A stretch of DNA of 64,000 bases from Macrostomum lignano (GCA_002269645.1 NIVC01003543.1:1-64000); one strand, 5' to 3'. Numbered from the stretch's first letter, positions 35,855-50,740 are shown. The notes: generated by a model not told the origin, from the sequence alone. Numbers and translations: made by a program.

Positions 35855-38816
35855 CTAGCAATCTTCGCCCCCCGTTGGGGGACATCTGTATAGAATCTCT
35901 GCTCTCTACAAGTAACAAAAAGACAGCCAAATAAAGCCTTCACAAAGACAACAGACAAACTGCTCAAATAAAGTGTAATGCAAAAAGAAATCATCCCAAG
36001 ACAGCAAGCATCCCCCAGATAGCAAGCATCCCCAAATAGCAAGCATCCCCCAGATAGCAAGCATCCCCAGATAGCAAGCATCCCAAATAGTAAGCATCCA
36101 CCAGACAATAAGTAGCTAGTGCCACAATTTCCTTAGCTCTATAGTGGCTCCTTTAAAATTGGCATGACGCTTACTTTTACGTTTGAAATTGTGTATCTTT
36201 TATGTTTGACATGGTGGCTCTTTTATGTTTGACATGGTGGCTCTTTTATGTTTGACATAGTGGCTCTTTAGTGTTTGACATGATGGCTCTTTAATGTTCG
36301 AAATGGTGGCTCTTTTATGTTTGACATGGTGGCTCTTTTAGGTTTGACATGGTAGCTCTTAAATGTTTGACATGGTAGCTCTTAAATGTTTGACATGGTG
36401 GCTCTTTATTGTTTGACACGGCGGCTCTCTAATGTTTGACAAAGTGGCTATTTAATGTTCGAAATGGTGGCTCTTTAAAGTTTGACATAAAGTCACATAT
36501 ATGTTTGAGATGGTGGCTCTTAAATGTTTGACATGGTGGCTCTTAAATGTTTGACATGGTGGCTCTTTTATGTTCGCCATGGTGGCTCTTTAATATTCTA
36601 CATGGTGGCTCTTTTATGTTCGACATGGTGGCTTTTTAATGTTTGACATGGTGGCTCTTTTAAGTTTGACATGGTGGCTCTTTACTGTTTGAAATGGTGG
36701 CTCTTTAATGTTCTACATGGTAACTCTTTTATGTTTAATACGGTGGCTCTTTACTGTTTGAAATGGTGGCTCTTTTATGTTTGACATGGTGGCTCTTTAA
36801 TGTTCTTCATGGTGGCTCTTTAATATTCTACATGGTGGCTCTTTTATGTTCGACATGGTGGCTTTTTAATGTTTGACATGGTGGCTCTTTTATGTTTGAC
36901 ATGGTGGCTCTTTACTGTTTGAAATGGTGGCTCTTTAATGTTCTACATGGTAACTCTTTTATGTTTGATACGGTGGCTTTTTAATGTCTGACATGGTGGC
37001 TCTTTTATGTTTGACATGGTGGCTCTTTAATGTTCTTCATGGTGGCTCTTTAATATTCTACATGGTGGCTCTTTTATGTTCGACATGGTGGCTGTTTTTT
37101 GTTCTACATGGTAACTCTTTTATGTTTGATACGGTGGCTTTTTAATGTCTGACATGGTGGCTCTTTTATGTTTGACATGGTGGCTCTTCTATGTTTAACA
37201 TGGTGGCTCTTTTATGTTTGACACGGTGGCTCTTTAATGTTCGACAAAGTGGCTATTTGATGTTTGATATGGTGACTCCTAAATGTTTTACATGGTGGCT
37301 CTTCTATGTTTGACATGGTGGCTCTTTATTGTTTGACATGGTGGCTCTTTAATGTTTAACCTGGTGGCTCTTTTATGTTTGACACGGCGGCTCTCTAATG
37401 TTTGACAAAGTGGCTATTTAATGTTCGAAATGGTGGCTCTTTAAAGTTTGACATAAAGTCACATATATGTTTGACATGGTGGCTCTTAAATGTTTGACAT
37501 GGTGGCTCTTAAATGTTTGACATGGTGGCTCTTAAATGTTAGACGTGGTGGCTTGTTTAGGTTTGACACGGTGGCTCTTTAATGTTCGACAAAGTGGCTA
37601 TTTGATGTTTGATATGGTGACTCCTAAATGTTTTACATGGTGGCTCTTCTATGTTTGACATGGTGGCTCTTTATTGTTTGACATGGTGGCTCTTTAATGT
37701 TTAACCTGGTGGCTCTTTTATGTTTGACACGGCGGCTCTCTAATGTTTGACAAAGTGGCTATTTAATGTTCGAAATGGTGGCTCTTTAAAGTTTGACATA
37801 AAGTCACATATATGTTTGACATGGTGGCTCTTAAATGTTTGACATGGTGGCTCTTAAATGTTTGACATGGTGGCTCTTAAATGTTAGACGTGGTGGCTTG
37901 TTTAGGTTTGACATGGTGGCTCTTTAATGTTTGACATAATGGCTCTTAAATGTTTGACATGGTGGCTCTTAAATGTTAGACGTGGTGGCTTGTTTAGGTT
38001 TGACATAGTGGCTCTTCTATGTTTGAAATGGTGGCTTTTTAATCGTTGACATGGAGTCACGTATATGTTTGACATAGTGCTTATTTTATGTTTGACATGG
38101 TAACTCTTTTATATTCGAAATGTTGGCTCTTTAATGTTCGACATGGTGGCTCTTCTATGTTTGACATTGCGCTTCTACCAGGTATTATGTTTAGCTGTTT
38201 TGTTGTGTTTTTAAGGTGTTTTGATAAAAAATGTTTTTGCACTACTAAGATTTGATAAAAAATCTTTTTGCACTACTAAGATTCGAACCCAGGTCGCTAC
38301 ATTAGCATTCCAGTCTGTTCGCATCTTGGCTATCTCTTTTCAATTGGAGAACGTGAATTGTGGCCCTTATAATTCAATTCTTACAGCAAGTCAATTGAAG
38401 TAAAAAGTAATGACATAATCAATTTCTCAGTCAGCCAGTATCAGTCTCAATTTAAGTTAGCAATATTGGTTACGCAATTTAAATCAAGTCGTGTGTGCAT
38501 TTCTTCGGCACTGTTTTCAACTTGTTGTGATGCAATCTTTATCACAATCGGAATTCAGCCAGTCAGTTTTTTCTCTAGCATTCTTACAATGAATTTTAGG
38601 TCGAAAGAGCTGCTTGACCTTTGCAAAAAAGCATGTTTTTCGAATATTTAATCCCTTTAACATTGAGCAATTTCTTAGCCAAGATGCATGTACCGTCCCA
38701 GGAAAATTTCTGATCGAATGGTGCAAGTTTGAAGAAAATCGGTTGAGCCAATTTTTCTGAAATCTATCGCATACCCACATACCCACATACAGACAACTCA
38801 TTTTTAGTATATAGGA
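35855..38816 (-). mobile_element. Non-autonomous Helitron copy 2
   Basis: Same termini and module order as copy 1; 23-bp satellite at ~36190-38170; direct CTAG|TC junction. Confidence 0.85.
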
Positions 38817-39400
38817 CTAGCTAAAGTTTTGCCCCCCTTCGGGGAGCAGAAATAATTAATATTCGTCTAATATAATATACCTTTTAGCAGGAGTACTTTA
38901 AGTGTTTTTCTTAAGCTTAAGCTTAAAATAGGAATTTTTGGAGATCGTTAATAACGCATTTTAGGTAAAACAAAACTATCAACTTTTTACAGTTTTTAGT
39001 TTAGAGCCCTGTATATGTCAACGTGTTTGATAAAAATTATTTTTATCATTTTTATGATAAAAAATGGCCTTCGGGGTGGCCAATAAGCAAGGGACGAATC
39101 CTTTTAAATGAAAAAAAATTCTTAGGGAGGGGGGCTAGGAATCGAATTCTCATTTTAATTCCAGGCTTATGTACCAATAAAACATGTTTGTGCAGAATTT
39201 TATAACAGACATTGAAATTCAACCATACTTGCCTTCTTTCAGAGCTACTTCTACCAGTATGCTTCAGTACGCTACCAGTACCCTTGTAAGCCTTGACATG
39301 TCAGCAATCCCCCCCACAAGCCTTAACATATCAACTCCCCCCTTGACATCTCAGCAATGCTCCCACAAGCCTTGAAATCTTAAAAAATCTGTCTATTTTC

Positions 39401-39433
39401 TAACCCTAACCCTAACCCTAACCCTAACCCTAA
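39401..39433. repeat. Short interstitial (TAACCC)5 telomeric-type repeat
   Basis: taaccctaaccctaaccctaaccctaaccctaa, seen directly. Confidence 0.9.
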
Positions 39434-40399
39434 AGCATTGAAATTTCAGTAATTCTCTCTAAGAGTCTATAGCACTACTACAGCATTATAGCGATTCCCT
39501 GCAAGCCTCGACATCGTAGGGATTCCCAAATGAATCTCTTAACTTTGACATGAAGCTTCTTTTTTTTACATTACGCTTTTTCTATCAGCGATCCCTCCCG
39601 TGAGGAGCCAACAAATAATGTAATAACTTTTTTCCAATAAACTACATGTAGCTTCTGACATTAGCCTTGACATCTCATTTATTCCCCCGTGAGCCTTGAC
39701 ATCTCAGCTATAGATAGATAGATAGATTCCCCTCGTAAGCCTTGACATGTCAGCGATGCCCCCCATAAACCTTGAAATCTAAAAAATCCCCTGTTAACCT
39801 TGAAACGCGCTAAAATCTAACCCTCAACCCAAACCTGACGTAAACCTAACTTTCACCCAACCTAAAGCCTTGAAATCACAGCAATTCTTCTTCCCTAAGC
39901 CTTGGCATTTAAGTGATTCCTTCTTTAAGAATCACAGCACTATAACGATTCCCTCCAAGCTTTGACATCGTAGCAATTCCCAAATGAATCTTTTAACTTT
40001 GACATGACTTTTATTTTATGTATACATAGTGCTCCTTTTATTTTTACATGACTCTTCTTCTATCAGCGCCCCCCCCACCGTGGCAAGCCAACAAAGAATG
40101 CAATAAAAAACTTAAGTAAAGTACATGTACTTTGAAGTAGCTTCTGACTTTTGCTTTAACATCTCAGAAACCCCCCTGTAATCTCAGTTATTCTCTGTGA
40201 GCCTTGACGTCTCAGTAATTCTCCCCAGCACAGCACTGTACTATAGCTTCATTTAATTTTTATATGACATTTCTTTCATGTCTGACATGACGCTTCTTTT
40301 GATTTTTACGTTACGCTTCTTTTATTCTTCCATGATGCTTCTTAATTTTTTAAATGACACACTTTCATTAGTTTTTATATGAGGCTTCTATAATTTTTT

Positions 40400-41305
40400 C
40401 ATGACGCTTCTATGCTTGTTTACATGACGCTTCTATGATGCTTCTATGATTTTTTACATGACGCTTGTATGATTGTTTACATGACGCTTCTATGATTTTT
40501 ACATGACGCTTCTATGATTTTTACATGACGCTTCTATGATTTTTACATGACGCTTCTATGATTTTTACATGACGCTTCTATGATTTTTACATGACGCTTC
40601 TATGATTTTTACATGACGCTTCTATGATTTTTACATGACGCTTCTATGATTGTTTACATGACGCTTCTATGATTGTATACATGACGCTTCTATGATTGTT
40701 TACATGACGCTTCTATGATTGTATACATGACGCTTCTATGATTGTTTACATGACGCTTTTATGATTGTTTACATGACGCTTCTATGATTTTTACATGACG
40801 CTTCTATGATTTTTACATGACGCTTCTATGATTGTTTACATGACGCTTCTATGATTGTTTACATGACGCTTCTATGATTTTAACATGACGCTTCTATGAT
40901 TTTTTTACATGACGCTTCTATGATTGTTTACATGACGCTTGTATGATTGTTTACATGACGCTTGTATGATTTTAACATGACGCTTCTATGATTGTTTACA
41001 TTACGCTTCTATGATTGCTTGCATGACGCTTCTATGATTTTTTATGACGCTTTTATGATTTTAACATGACGCTTCTATGATTTTTTTACATGACGCTTCT
41101 ATGATTGTTTACATGACGCTTGTATGATTGTTTACATGACGCTTTTATGATTTTAACATGACGCTTCTATGATTGTTTACATTACGCTTCTATGATTTTT
41201 ACATGACGCTTCTATGATTTTTACATGACGCTTCTATGATTTTTACATGACGCTTCTATGATTGTTTACATGACGCTTGTATGATTGTTTACATGACGCT
41301 TCCAT
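40400..41305. repeat. 22-23 bp satellite (ACATGACGCTTCTATGATT[G]TTT)n
   Basis: About 40 tandem units. Confidence 0.95.
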
Positions 41306-41719
41306 AATTTTTTTTGTCTTGGCGTTAAAAGGCTTTAATTAAAAAAACTCTACTCTCTAAAAATTCGAACCATCGTCCCTGCATTTAGCAGTTTAGTCTG
41401 TTTACCTCTAGGCTAGCTCTCATGAATTTTAGTCATTACCCCTAAATAGAAAATATTCCCAAGACAGCAAGCATCCCCCCAGTAGCAAGCATCCCCTAAT
41501 ACTCCTAGCAAGCATCCACCCAGATAGCAAGCATCTGCAGATAGCAAGCATCTTGCAGATAGCAAGCATCTTGCAGATAGCAAGCATCTTGCAGATAGCA
41601 AGCATACCCCAAATAATGTAGAAGCATCCTTCCAGATAGCAAGCATCCTGCACATAGCAAGAATCCCTAAATAGCAAGCATCCCTGGATAGAAATAATCC
41701 TATACATGTAGCCAAGCTT

Positions 41720-44700
41720 ATCAAGCGCAGTAATCCTTGGCTATCGAGTGCAGTAATCCTTGGTTTATTAATAGCAATAATCCATGGCTTATCGAGTGCA
41801 GTAATCCTTGGTTTATTAATAGCAATAATCCTTGGCTTATCGAGTGCAGTAATTCATGGTTTATTAATAGCAATAATCCTTGGCTTATCGAGTGCAGTAA
41901 TCCTTGGTTTATTAATAGCAATAATCCATGCCTTATCGAGTGCAGTAATCCTTGGTTTATTAATAGCAATAATCCTTGGCTTATCGAGTGCAGTAATCCT
42001 TGGTTTGCCAAGTGCATAATCCTTGGTTTATTAATAGCAATAATCCTTGGTTTATCGAGTGCAGTAATCCTTGGTTTATTAATAGCAATAATCCTTGGCT
42101 TATCGAGTGCAGTAATCCTTGGTTTATTAATAGCAATAATCCATGGCTTATCGAGTGCAGTAATCCTTGGTTTGCCAAGAGCAATAGTCCTTGGCTTATC
42201 GAGTGCAGTAATCCTTGGTTTGCCAAGAGCAATAGTCCTTGGTTTATTGAGTGCAGTAATCCTTGGTTTATTAATAGCAATAGTCCTTGGTTTATTGAGT
42301 GCAGTAATCCTTGGTTTATTAATAGCAATAATCCTTGACTTATCGAGTGCAGTAATCCTTGGTTTGCCAAGTGCATAATCCTTGGTTTATCGAGTGCAGT
42401 AATCCTTGGTTTATTAATAGCAATAATCCTTGGCTTATCAAGTGCAGTAATCCTTGGTTTATTAATAGCAATAATCCTTGGCTTATCGAGTGCAGTAATC
42501 CTTGGTTTATTAATAGCAATAATCCATGGCTTATCGAGTGCAGTAATCCTTGGTTTGCCAAGAGCAATAGTCCTTGGCTTATCGAGTGCAGTAATCCTTG
42601 GTTTGCCAAGTGCATAATCCTTGGTTTATTAATAGCAATAATCCTTGGCTTATCGAGTGCAGTAATCCTTGGTTTATTAATAGCAATAATCCTTGGTTTA
42701 TCGAGTGCAATTATCCTTGGTTTATTAATAGCAATAATCCTTGGCTTATCGAGTGCAGTAATCCTTGGTTTATTAATAGCAATAATCCTTGGCTTATCGA
42801 GTGCAGTAATCCTTGGTTTGCCAAGAGCAATAGTCCTTGGTTTTTTGAGTGCAGTAATCCTTGGTTTATTAATAGCAATAGTCCTTGGTTTATTGAGTGC
42901 AGTAATGCTTGGTTTATTAATAGCAATAATCCTTGGCTTATCGATTGCAGTAATCCTTGGTTTGCCAAGTGCATAATCCTTGGTTTATTAATAGCAATAA
43001 TCCTTGGTTTATCGAGTGCAGTAATCCTTAGTTTATTAATAGCAATAATCCTTGGCTTATCGAGTGCAGTAATCCTTGGTTTATTAATAGCAATAATCCA
43101 TGGCTTATCGAGTGCAGTAATCCTTGGTTTGCCAAGAGCAATAGTCCTTGGTTTATTGAGTGCAGTAATCCTTGGTTTATTAATAGCAATAGTCCTTGGC
43201 TTATCGAGTGCAGTAATCCTTGGTTTATTAATAGCAATAATCCATGGCTTATGAGTGCAGTAATCCTTGGTTTATTAATAGCAATAATCCTTGGCTTATC
43301 GAGTGCAGTAATTCATTTTTTTTTAATAGCAATAATCCTTGGCTTATCGAGTGCAGTAATCCTTGGTTTATTAATAGCAATAATCCATGGCTTATCGAGT
43401 GCAGTAATCCTTGGTTTGCCAAGAGCAATAGTCCTTGGCTTATCGAGTGCAGTAATCCTTGGTTTGCCAAGAGCAATAGTCCTTGGTTTATTGAGTGCAG
43501 TAATCCTTGGTTTATTAATAGCAATAGTTCTTGGTTTATTGAGTGCAGTAATCCTTGGTTTATTAATAGCAATAATCCTTGGCTTATCGAGTGCAGTAAT
43601 CCTTAGTTTTCCAAGTGCAGTAATCCTTGGTTTATCGAGTGCAGTAATCCTTGGTTTATTAATAGCAATAATCCTTGGCTTATCGAGTGCAGTAATCCTT
43701 GGTTTATTAATAGCAATAATCCATGGCTTATCGAGTGCAGTAATCCTTGGTTTGCCAAGAGCAATAGTCCTTGGCTTATCGAGTGCAGTAATCCTTGGTT
43801 TGCCAAGAGCAATAGTCCTTGGTTTATTGAGTGCAGTAATCCTTGGTTTATTAATAGCAATAGTCCTTGGTTTATTGAGTGCAGTAATCCTTGGTTTATT
43901 AATAGCAATAATCCTTGGCTTATCGAGTGCAGTAATCCTTAGTTTTCCAAGTGCATAATCCTTGGTTTATTAATAGCAATAATCCTTGGCTTATCGAGTG
44001 CAGTAATCCTTGGTTTATTAATAGCAATAATCCTTGGTTTATCGAGTGCATTAATCCTTGGTTTATTAATAGCAATAATCCTTGGCTTATCGAGTGCAGT
44101 AATCCTTGGTTTATTAATAGCAATAATCCTTGGCTTATCGAGTGCAGTAATCCTTGGTTTGCCAAGAGCAATAGTCCTTGGTTTTTTGAGTGCAGTAATC
44201 CTTGGTTTATTAATAGCAATAGTCCTTGGTTTATTGAGTGCAGTAATGCTTGGTTTATTAATAGCAATAATCCTTGGCTTATCGATTGCAGTAATCCTTG
44301 GTTTGCCAAGTGCATAATCCTTGGTTTATTAATAGCAATAATCCTTGGTTTATCGAGTGCAGTAATCCTTAGTTTATTAATAGCAATAATCCTTGGCTTA
44401 TCGAGTGCAGTAATCCTTGGTTTATTAATAGCTATAATCCATGGCTTATCGAGTGCAGTAATCCTTGGTTTGCCAAGAGCAATAGTCCTTGGCTTATCGA
44501 GTGCAGTAATCCTTGGTTTGCCAAGAGCAATAGTCCTTGGTTTATTGAGTGCAGTAATCCTTGGTTTATTAATAGCCATAGTCCTTGGCTTATCGAGTGC
44601 AGTAATCCTTGGTTTATTAATAGCAATAATCCTTGGTTTATCGAGTGCAGTAATCCTTGGTTTATTAATAGCAATAATCCTTGGCTTATCGAGTGCAGTA

Positions 44701-46475
44701 ATCCTTGGTTTATTAATAGCAATAATCCATGGCTCATGAGTGCAGTAATCCTTGGTTTATTAATAGCAATAATCCTTGGCTTATCGAGTGCAGTAATTCA
44801 TGGTTTATTAATAGCAATAATCCTTGGCTTATCGAGTGCAGTAATCCTTGGTTTATTAATAGCAATAATCCATGGCTTATCGAGTGCAGTAATCCTTGGT
44901 TTGCCAAGAGCAATAGTCCTTGGCTTATCGAGTGCAGTAATCCTTGGTTTGCCAAGAGCAATAGTCCTTGGTTTATTGAGTGCAGTAATCCTTGGTTTAT
45001 TAATAGCAATAGTCCTTGGTTTATTGAGTGCAGTAATCCTTGGTTTATTAATAGCAATAATCCTTGGCTTATCGAGTGCAGTAATCCTTAGTTTTCCAAG
45101 TGCAGTAATCCTTGGTTTATCGAGTGCAGTAATCCTTGGTTTATTAATAGCAATAATCCTTGGCTTATCGAGTGCAGTAATCCTTGGTTTATTAATAGCA
45201 ATAATCCATGGCTTATCGAGTGCAGTAATCCTTGGTTTGCCAAGAGCAATAGTCCTTGGCTTATCGAGTGCAGTAATCCTTGGTTTGCCAAGAGCAATAG
45301 TCCTTGGTTTATTGAGTGCAGTAATCCTTGGTTTATTAATAGCAATAGTCCTTGGTTTATTGAGTGCAGTAATCCTTGGTTTATTAATAGCAATAATCCT
45401 TGGCTTATCGAGTGCAGTAATCCTTGGTTTGCCAAGTGCATAATCCTTGGTTTATTAATAGCAATAATCCTTGGCTTATCGAGTGCAGTAATCCTTGGTT
45501 TATTAATAGCAATAATCCTTGGTTTATCGAGTGCATTAATCCTTGGTTTATTAATAGCAATAATCCTTGGCTTATCGAGTGCAGTAATCCTTGGTTTATT
45601 AATAGCAATAATCCTTGACTTATCGAGTGCAGTAATCCTTGGTTTGCCAAGAGCAATAGTCCTTGGTTTTTTGAGTGCAGTAATCCTTGGTTTATTAATA
45701 GCAATAGTCCTTGGTTTATTGAGTGCAGTAATGCTTGGTTTATTAATAGCAATAATCCTTGGCTTATCGATTGCAGTAATCCTTGGTTTGCCAAGTGCAT
45801 AATCCTTGGTTTATTAATAGCAATAATCCTTGGTTTATCGAGTGCAGTAATCCTTAGTTTATTAATAGCAATAATCCTTGGCTTATCGAGTGCAGTAATC
45901 CTTGGTTTATTAATAGCAATAATCCATGGCTTATCGAGTGCAGTAATCCTTGGTTTGCCAAGAGCAATAGTCCTTGGCTTATCGAGTGCAGTAATCCTTG
46001 GTTTGCCAAGAGCAATAGTCCTTGGTTTATTGAGTGCAGTAATCCTTGGTTTATTAATAGCCATAGTCCTTGGCTTATCGAGTGCAGTAATCCTTGGTTT
46101 ATTAATAGCAATAATCCTTGGTTTATCGAGTGCAGTAATCCTTGGTTTATTAATAGCAATAATCCTTGGCTTATCGAGTGCAGTAATCCTTGGTTTATTA
46201 ATAGCAATAATCCATGGCTCATGAGTGCAGTAATCCTTGGTTTATTAATAGCAATAATCCTTGGCTTATCGAGTGCAGTAATTCATGGTTTATTAATAGC
46301 AATAATCCTTGGCTTATCGAGTGCAGTAATCCTTGGTTTATTAATAGCAATAATCCATGGCTTATCGAGTGCAGTAATCCTTGGTTTGCCAAGAGCAATA
46401 ATCCTTGGCTTATAGAGTGCAGTATTCCTTGGTTTGCCAAGAGCAATAATCCTTAGCTTATCGAGTGCAGTAATC
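41720..46475. repeat. 24-bp-monomer satellite (ATCGAGTGCAGTAATCCTTGGTTT / ATTAATAGCAATAATCCTTGGCTT / GCCAAGAGCAATAGTCCTTGGCTT) with a 48-bp dimer and a 1485-bp higher-order repeat
   Basis: Diagnostic variants recur at 43244, 44729 and 46214, and at 43311, 44796 and 46281. Confidence 0.96.
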
Positions 46476-47148
46476 TAAGTGTTTTTATTTAGTCCTTTAA
46501 TAAAAGCTTTTAATAAAAAATTTTACACTACTACTTTTAAACTACTTAGATTCGAACCCAGGTCGCTGCATTAGCAGTCTGGTCTGCTCAGCTCTAGGCT
46601 AGCTCTCATCGAAGTTATCAGTGAATTTGTACCACTTATATAATTCAACACTCACACCAAGTCAGGTAGAGTAAAAAGTCGATCACGCGAAGCAGTTATG
46701 ACATAATCAATTTCTTAGGCAAGTCAGTACCAGTGTCTATGAAAGTTAACAATATGGTTACGTAATATAAATTCAGTACTGCACTATACTTTCACCCTCA
46801 AAGCTGTGACGCAATTCAATTGAGTGTCAAATTCAGCCAGTACACAGACGATAAATAAAGTGTATTGTGATGCAATCTATTTCAGAATCAGAATTCAACC
46901 AGTCAGATTTTTCTCTAGCATTCTTACAATGCATTTCAGGTCGAAAGAGCTGCTTGACCTTTGCAAAAAATCATGTTTTTCGAATATTTAATCCCTTTAA
47001 CATTGAGCAATTTCTTAGCCAATATGCATGTACCGTCCCGGGAAAATTTCTGATCGAATGGTGCAAGTTTGAAGAAAATCGGTTGAGCCGTTCGGGAGAA
47101 AATCAATTACAAGCAAGCAACCAAGCATTTCATTTTTAGTATATTAGA

Positions 47149-50100
47149 CTAGCAATCTTCGCCCCCCGATGGGGGACATCTGGATAGAATCTCTGTTTTC
47201 TAAAGTAACAAAAAGACAGCCAAAAATCCTTCAAAAAGACAACAGACAAACTGCTCAAATGAAGTGCATTGCAAAAAGAAATCATCCCAAGACTGCAAGC
47301 ATCCCCCAGATAGCAAGCATCCCCTAGATAGCAAGCATCCCCAAGATGGCAAGCATCCCCAGATAGCAAGCATCCCCCAGATTGCAAGCATCCCCAGATA
47401 GCAAGCATCCCCAAGATAGCAAGCATCCCTCAGATAGCAAGCATCCCCCAGATAGCAAGCATCCCCCAGACAGCAAGCATCCCCCAGATAGCAAGCATCC
47501 CCAGATAGCAAGCATCCCCCAGATAGCAAGCATCCCTCAGATAGCAAGCATCCCCCAGATAGCAAGCATCCCCCAGATAGCAAGCATCCCCAGATAGCAA
47601 GCATCCCCCAGATAGCAAGCATCCCCCAGATAGCAAGCATCCCCCAGATAGCAAGCATCCCCCAGATAGCAAGCATCCCCCAGATAGCAAGCATCCCCCA
47701 GATAGCAAGCATCCCCCAGATAGCAAGCATCCCCAAGATAGATAGCATCCCCAAATAGCAAGCATCCACCAGACAATAAGTAGCTAGTGCGACAATTTCC
47801 TTAGCATTATAGCGGCTCCTTTAAAATTCGCTTACTTTTACGTTTGAAATTGTGTATCTTTTTATGTTTAACAGGGTGGCTCTTTTATGTTCTACGCTCG
47901 TACATGGTAACTCTTTTATGTTTGATACGGTGGCTTTTCAATGTCTGACATAGTGGCTCTTCTATGTTTGACATGGGGGCTCTTCTATGTTTGACATGGG
48001 GGCTCTTCTATGTTTGACATGGGGCTCTTCTATGTTTGACAAAGTGGCTTTTTAATGTTCAAAAAGGTGGCTCTTTTATGTTTGACATGGTGGCTCTTTA
48101 ATGTTTGACATGGTGGCTCTTTAATGTTTGACATGGTGGCTCTTTAATGTTAGACAAAGTAGCTCTTTAATGTTTGACATGGTGGCTCTTTAATGTTAGA
48201 CAAAGTAGCTCTTTAATGTTTGACATGATGGCTCTTTAATGATAGACATGGTGGCTCTTTAATTTTTGACATGGTGGCTCTTTAATGTTGGACATGGTGG
48301 CTCTTTAATGTTAGACATGGTGGCTCTTTAATGTTTGACATAAAGTCACTTATATGTTTGACATGATGGCTCTTTTATGTTTAACATGGTGGCTCTTTAA
48401 TGTTTGACATGGTAGCTCTTTTATGTTCGACATGGTGGCTCTTTAATGTTCGACATGGTGGCTCTTTTATGTTCGACATGGTGGCTCTTTTATGTTCGAC
48501 ATGGTGTCGCTTCAATGTTTGACATGGAGTTACGTATATGTTTTACATGGTGGCTCTTTTATGTTCGACGTGGTGGCTCCTTTAATGTTTGACATGGGGT
48601 CTCTTCAATGTTTGACATGGAGTTACGTATATGTTTGACATGGTGGCTCTTTAATGTTTTACATGGTGGCACTTTCATGTTTGACCTGGTGGCTCTTAAA
48701 TGTTTGACATGGTGGCTCTGTAATGTTTGACATGGTGTCTCTTTAACGTTTGACATAGAGTCATGTATATGTTTGACATGGTGGCTCTTAAATGTTTGAC
48801 ATGGTGGCTCTTTAATATTTGACATGGTGGCCCTTTTATGTTCGACATGGTGGCTCTTTAATGTTTGACATGGAGTCATATATATGTTTGACCTGGTGGC
48901 TCTTGTATTTTTAACACGTTGGCTCTTTAATGTTCGACATGGTGGCTCTTAAATGTCTAACATGGAGTCACGTATATGTTTGACATGGATTCATGTATAT
49001 GTCTGGTATGGTAGCTCTTTAATGTTTTACATGGAGTCACCTATATTTTTCATATGGTGGCTATTTTATGTTTGACATGGTGGCTCTTTAATGTTTTACA
49101 TGGTGGCACTTTCATGTTTGACCTGGTGGCTCTTTAATGTTTGACATGGTGGCTCTTTAATATTTGACATGGTGGCCCTTTTATGTTCGACATGGTGGCT
49201 CTTTAATGTTTGACATGGAGTCATGTATATGTTTGACCTGGTGGCTCTTTAATGTTTGACATGGTGGCTCTTTAATGTTTTACATGGTGGCACTTTCATG
49301 TTTGACCTGGTGGCTCTTTAATGTTTGACATGGTGGCTCTTTAATATTTGACATGGTGGCCCTTTTATGTTCGACATGGTGGCTCTTTAATGTTTGACAT
49401 GGAGTCATGTATATGTTTGACCTGGTGGCACTTTCATGTTTGACCTGGTGGCTCTTAAATGTTTGACATGGTGGCTTTTTAATATTTGACATGGTGGCAC
49501 TTTCATGTTTGACCTGGTGGGTCTTTAATGTTTGACATGGTACCTCTTTTATGTTCGACATGGTGGCTCTTTAATGTTTTACATGGTGGCTCTTTAATGT
49601 TTGACATGGTGGCTCTTTAATGTTTGATAAGGTGGCTCTTTAATGTTTGACATTGTGGCTCTTTAATATTTGACAAGGTGGCTCTTTAATGTTTAAAATG
49701 GTGGCTCTTTAATTTTCGAAATGGTGGCTGTTTTATGTTTGACATGGTGGCTCTTTAATGTTCGACATGGTGGCTCTTTAATGTTCTTAATGGTGTCTGT
49801 TTTATGTTTGACCTGGCGGCTCTTTAATGTTTGACATGGTAACTCTTTTAGGTTTGAAATGGTGTCTCTTTAATGTTTGCCATTGTGGCTCTTTAATGTT
49901 TGACATGGTGGCTTTTTAATGTTCGACATGGTGGCTCTTTTAGGTTTGAAATGGTGGCTCTTTAATGTTTGACATTGTGGCTCTTTAATGTTCGACATGG
50001 TGGCTCTTTAATGTTTGACATGGTAACTCTTGTATGTTTGATATGGTGGCTCTTTTATGTTCGACATGGTGGCTCTTTAATGTTTGACATTGTGGCTCTT

Positions 50101-50740
50101 TAATGTTTGAAATGGTGGCTCTTTAATGTTTCGATATGGTGGCTCTTTAATGTTGAGAATTTTGTGTTTTTTAACGTGTTTTAATAAAAAAAACATTTTT
50201 CACCACTAAGATTCGAACCAAGGTCGCTACATTAGCATTCCAGTCTGTTTGCATCCGGCTATCTCTTTTCAAATCGAGAACATGACTTGTGGCCCTTATA
50301 ATTCAATACTTATAGCAAGTCGGTTAGAGTAAAAAGTTATGACATAATCAATTTCTCAGTCAGCCAGTATCAGTCTCAATTCAAGTTAGCAATATGGTTA
50401 CGCAATTTCAATGAAGTCTTGTGTGCGTTTCTGTGGCACTGTTTTCACCTTGTTGTGATGCAATCTTTATCACAATCGTAATTCAGCCAGTCAGTTTTTT
50501 CTCTAGCATTCTTACAATGCATTTCAAGTCAAAAATTTGGCTTGACCTTTGCAAAAAAGCATGTTTTTCGAATATTTAATCCCTTTAACATTGAGCAATT
50601 TCTTAGCCAAGATACATGTACCGTCCCAGGAACATTTCTGATCGAATGGTGCAAGTTTGAAGAAAATCGGTTGAGCCATTTTTTCTGAAATCTATCGCAT
50701 AGCTAGTTAGTTACAGACATTTCATTTTTAGTATATAGGA
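47149..50740 (-). mobile_element. Non-autonomous Helitron copy 4
   Basis: Same scaffold, with an expanded (AGCAAGCATCCCCCAGAT)n at 47290-47770 and a 23-bp satellite at ~47850-50155. Confidence 0.85.

Larger units (their letters stand above)
38817..47148 (-). mobile_element. Divergent composite Helitron copy 3 with two internal modules
   Basis: Variant hairpin GCCCCCC-TTC-GGGGAGC next to CTAG, and a conserved core at 46870-47090. It has two tRNA-like units (~41355 and ~46540) and two satellites different from that of the other copies. Confidence 0.72.

Noticed and set aside
39401-39433. True chromosome end
   Set aside because: Only five repeats, embedded in continuous sequence on both sides.
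41721-46456. Many 100-260 aa ORFs (ILGLLIAII, NPWFINS, QGLLLLIN repeats)
   Set aside because: They are open in several frames on both strands only because of the 24/48-bp satellite.
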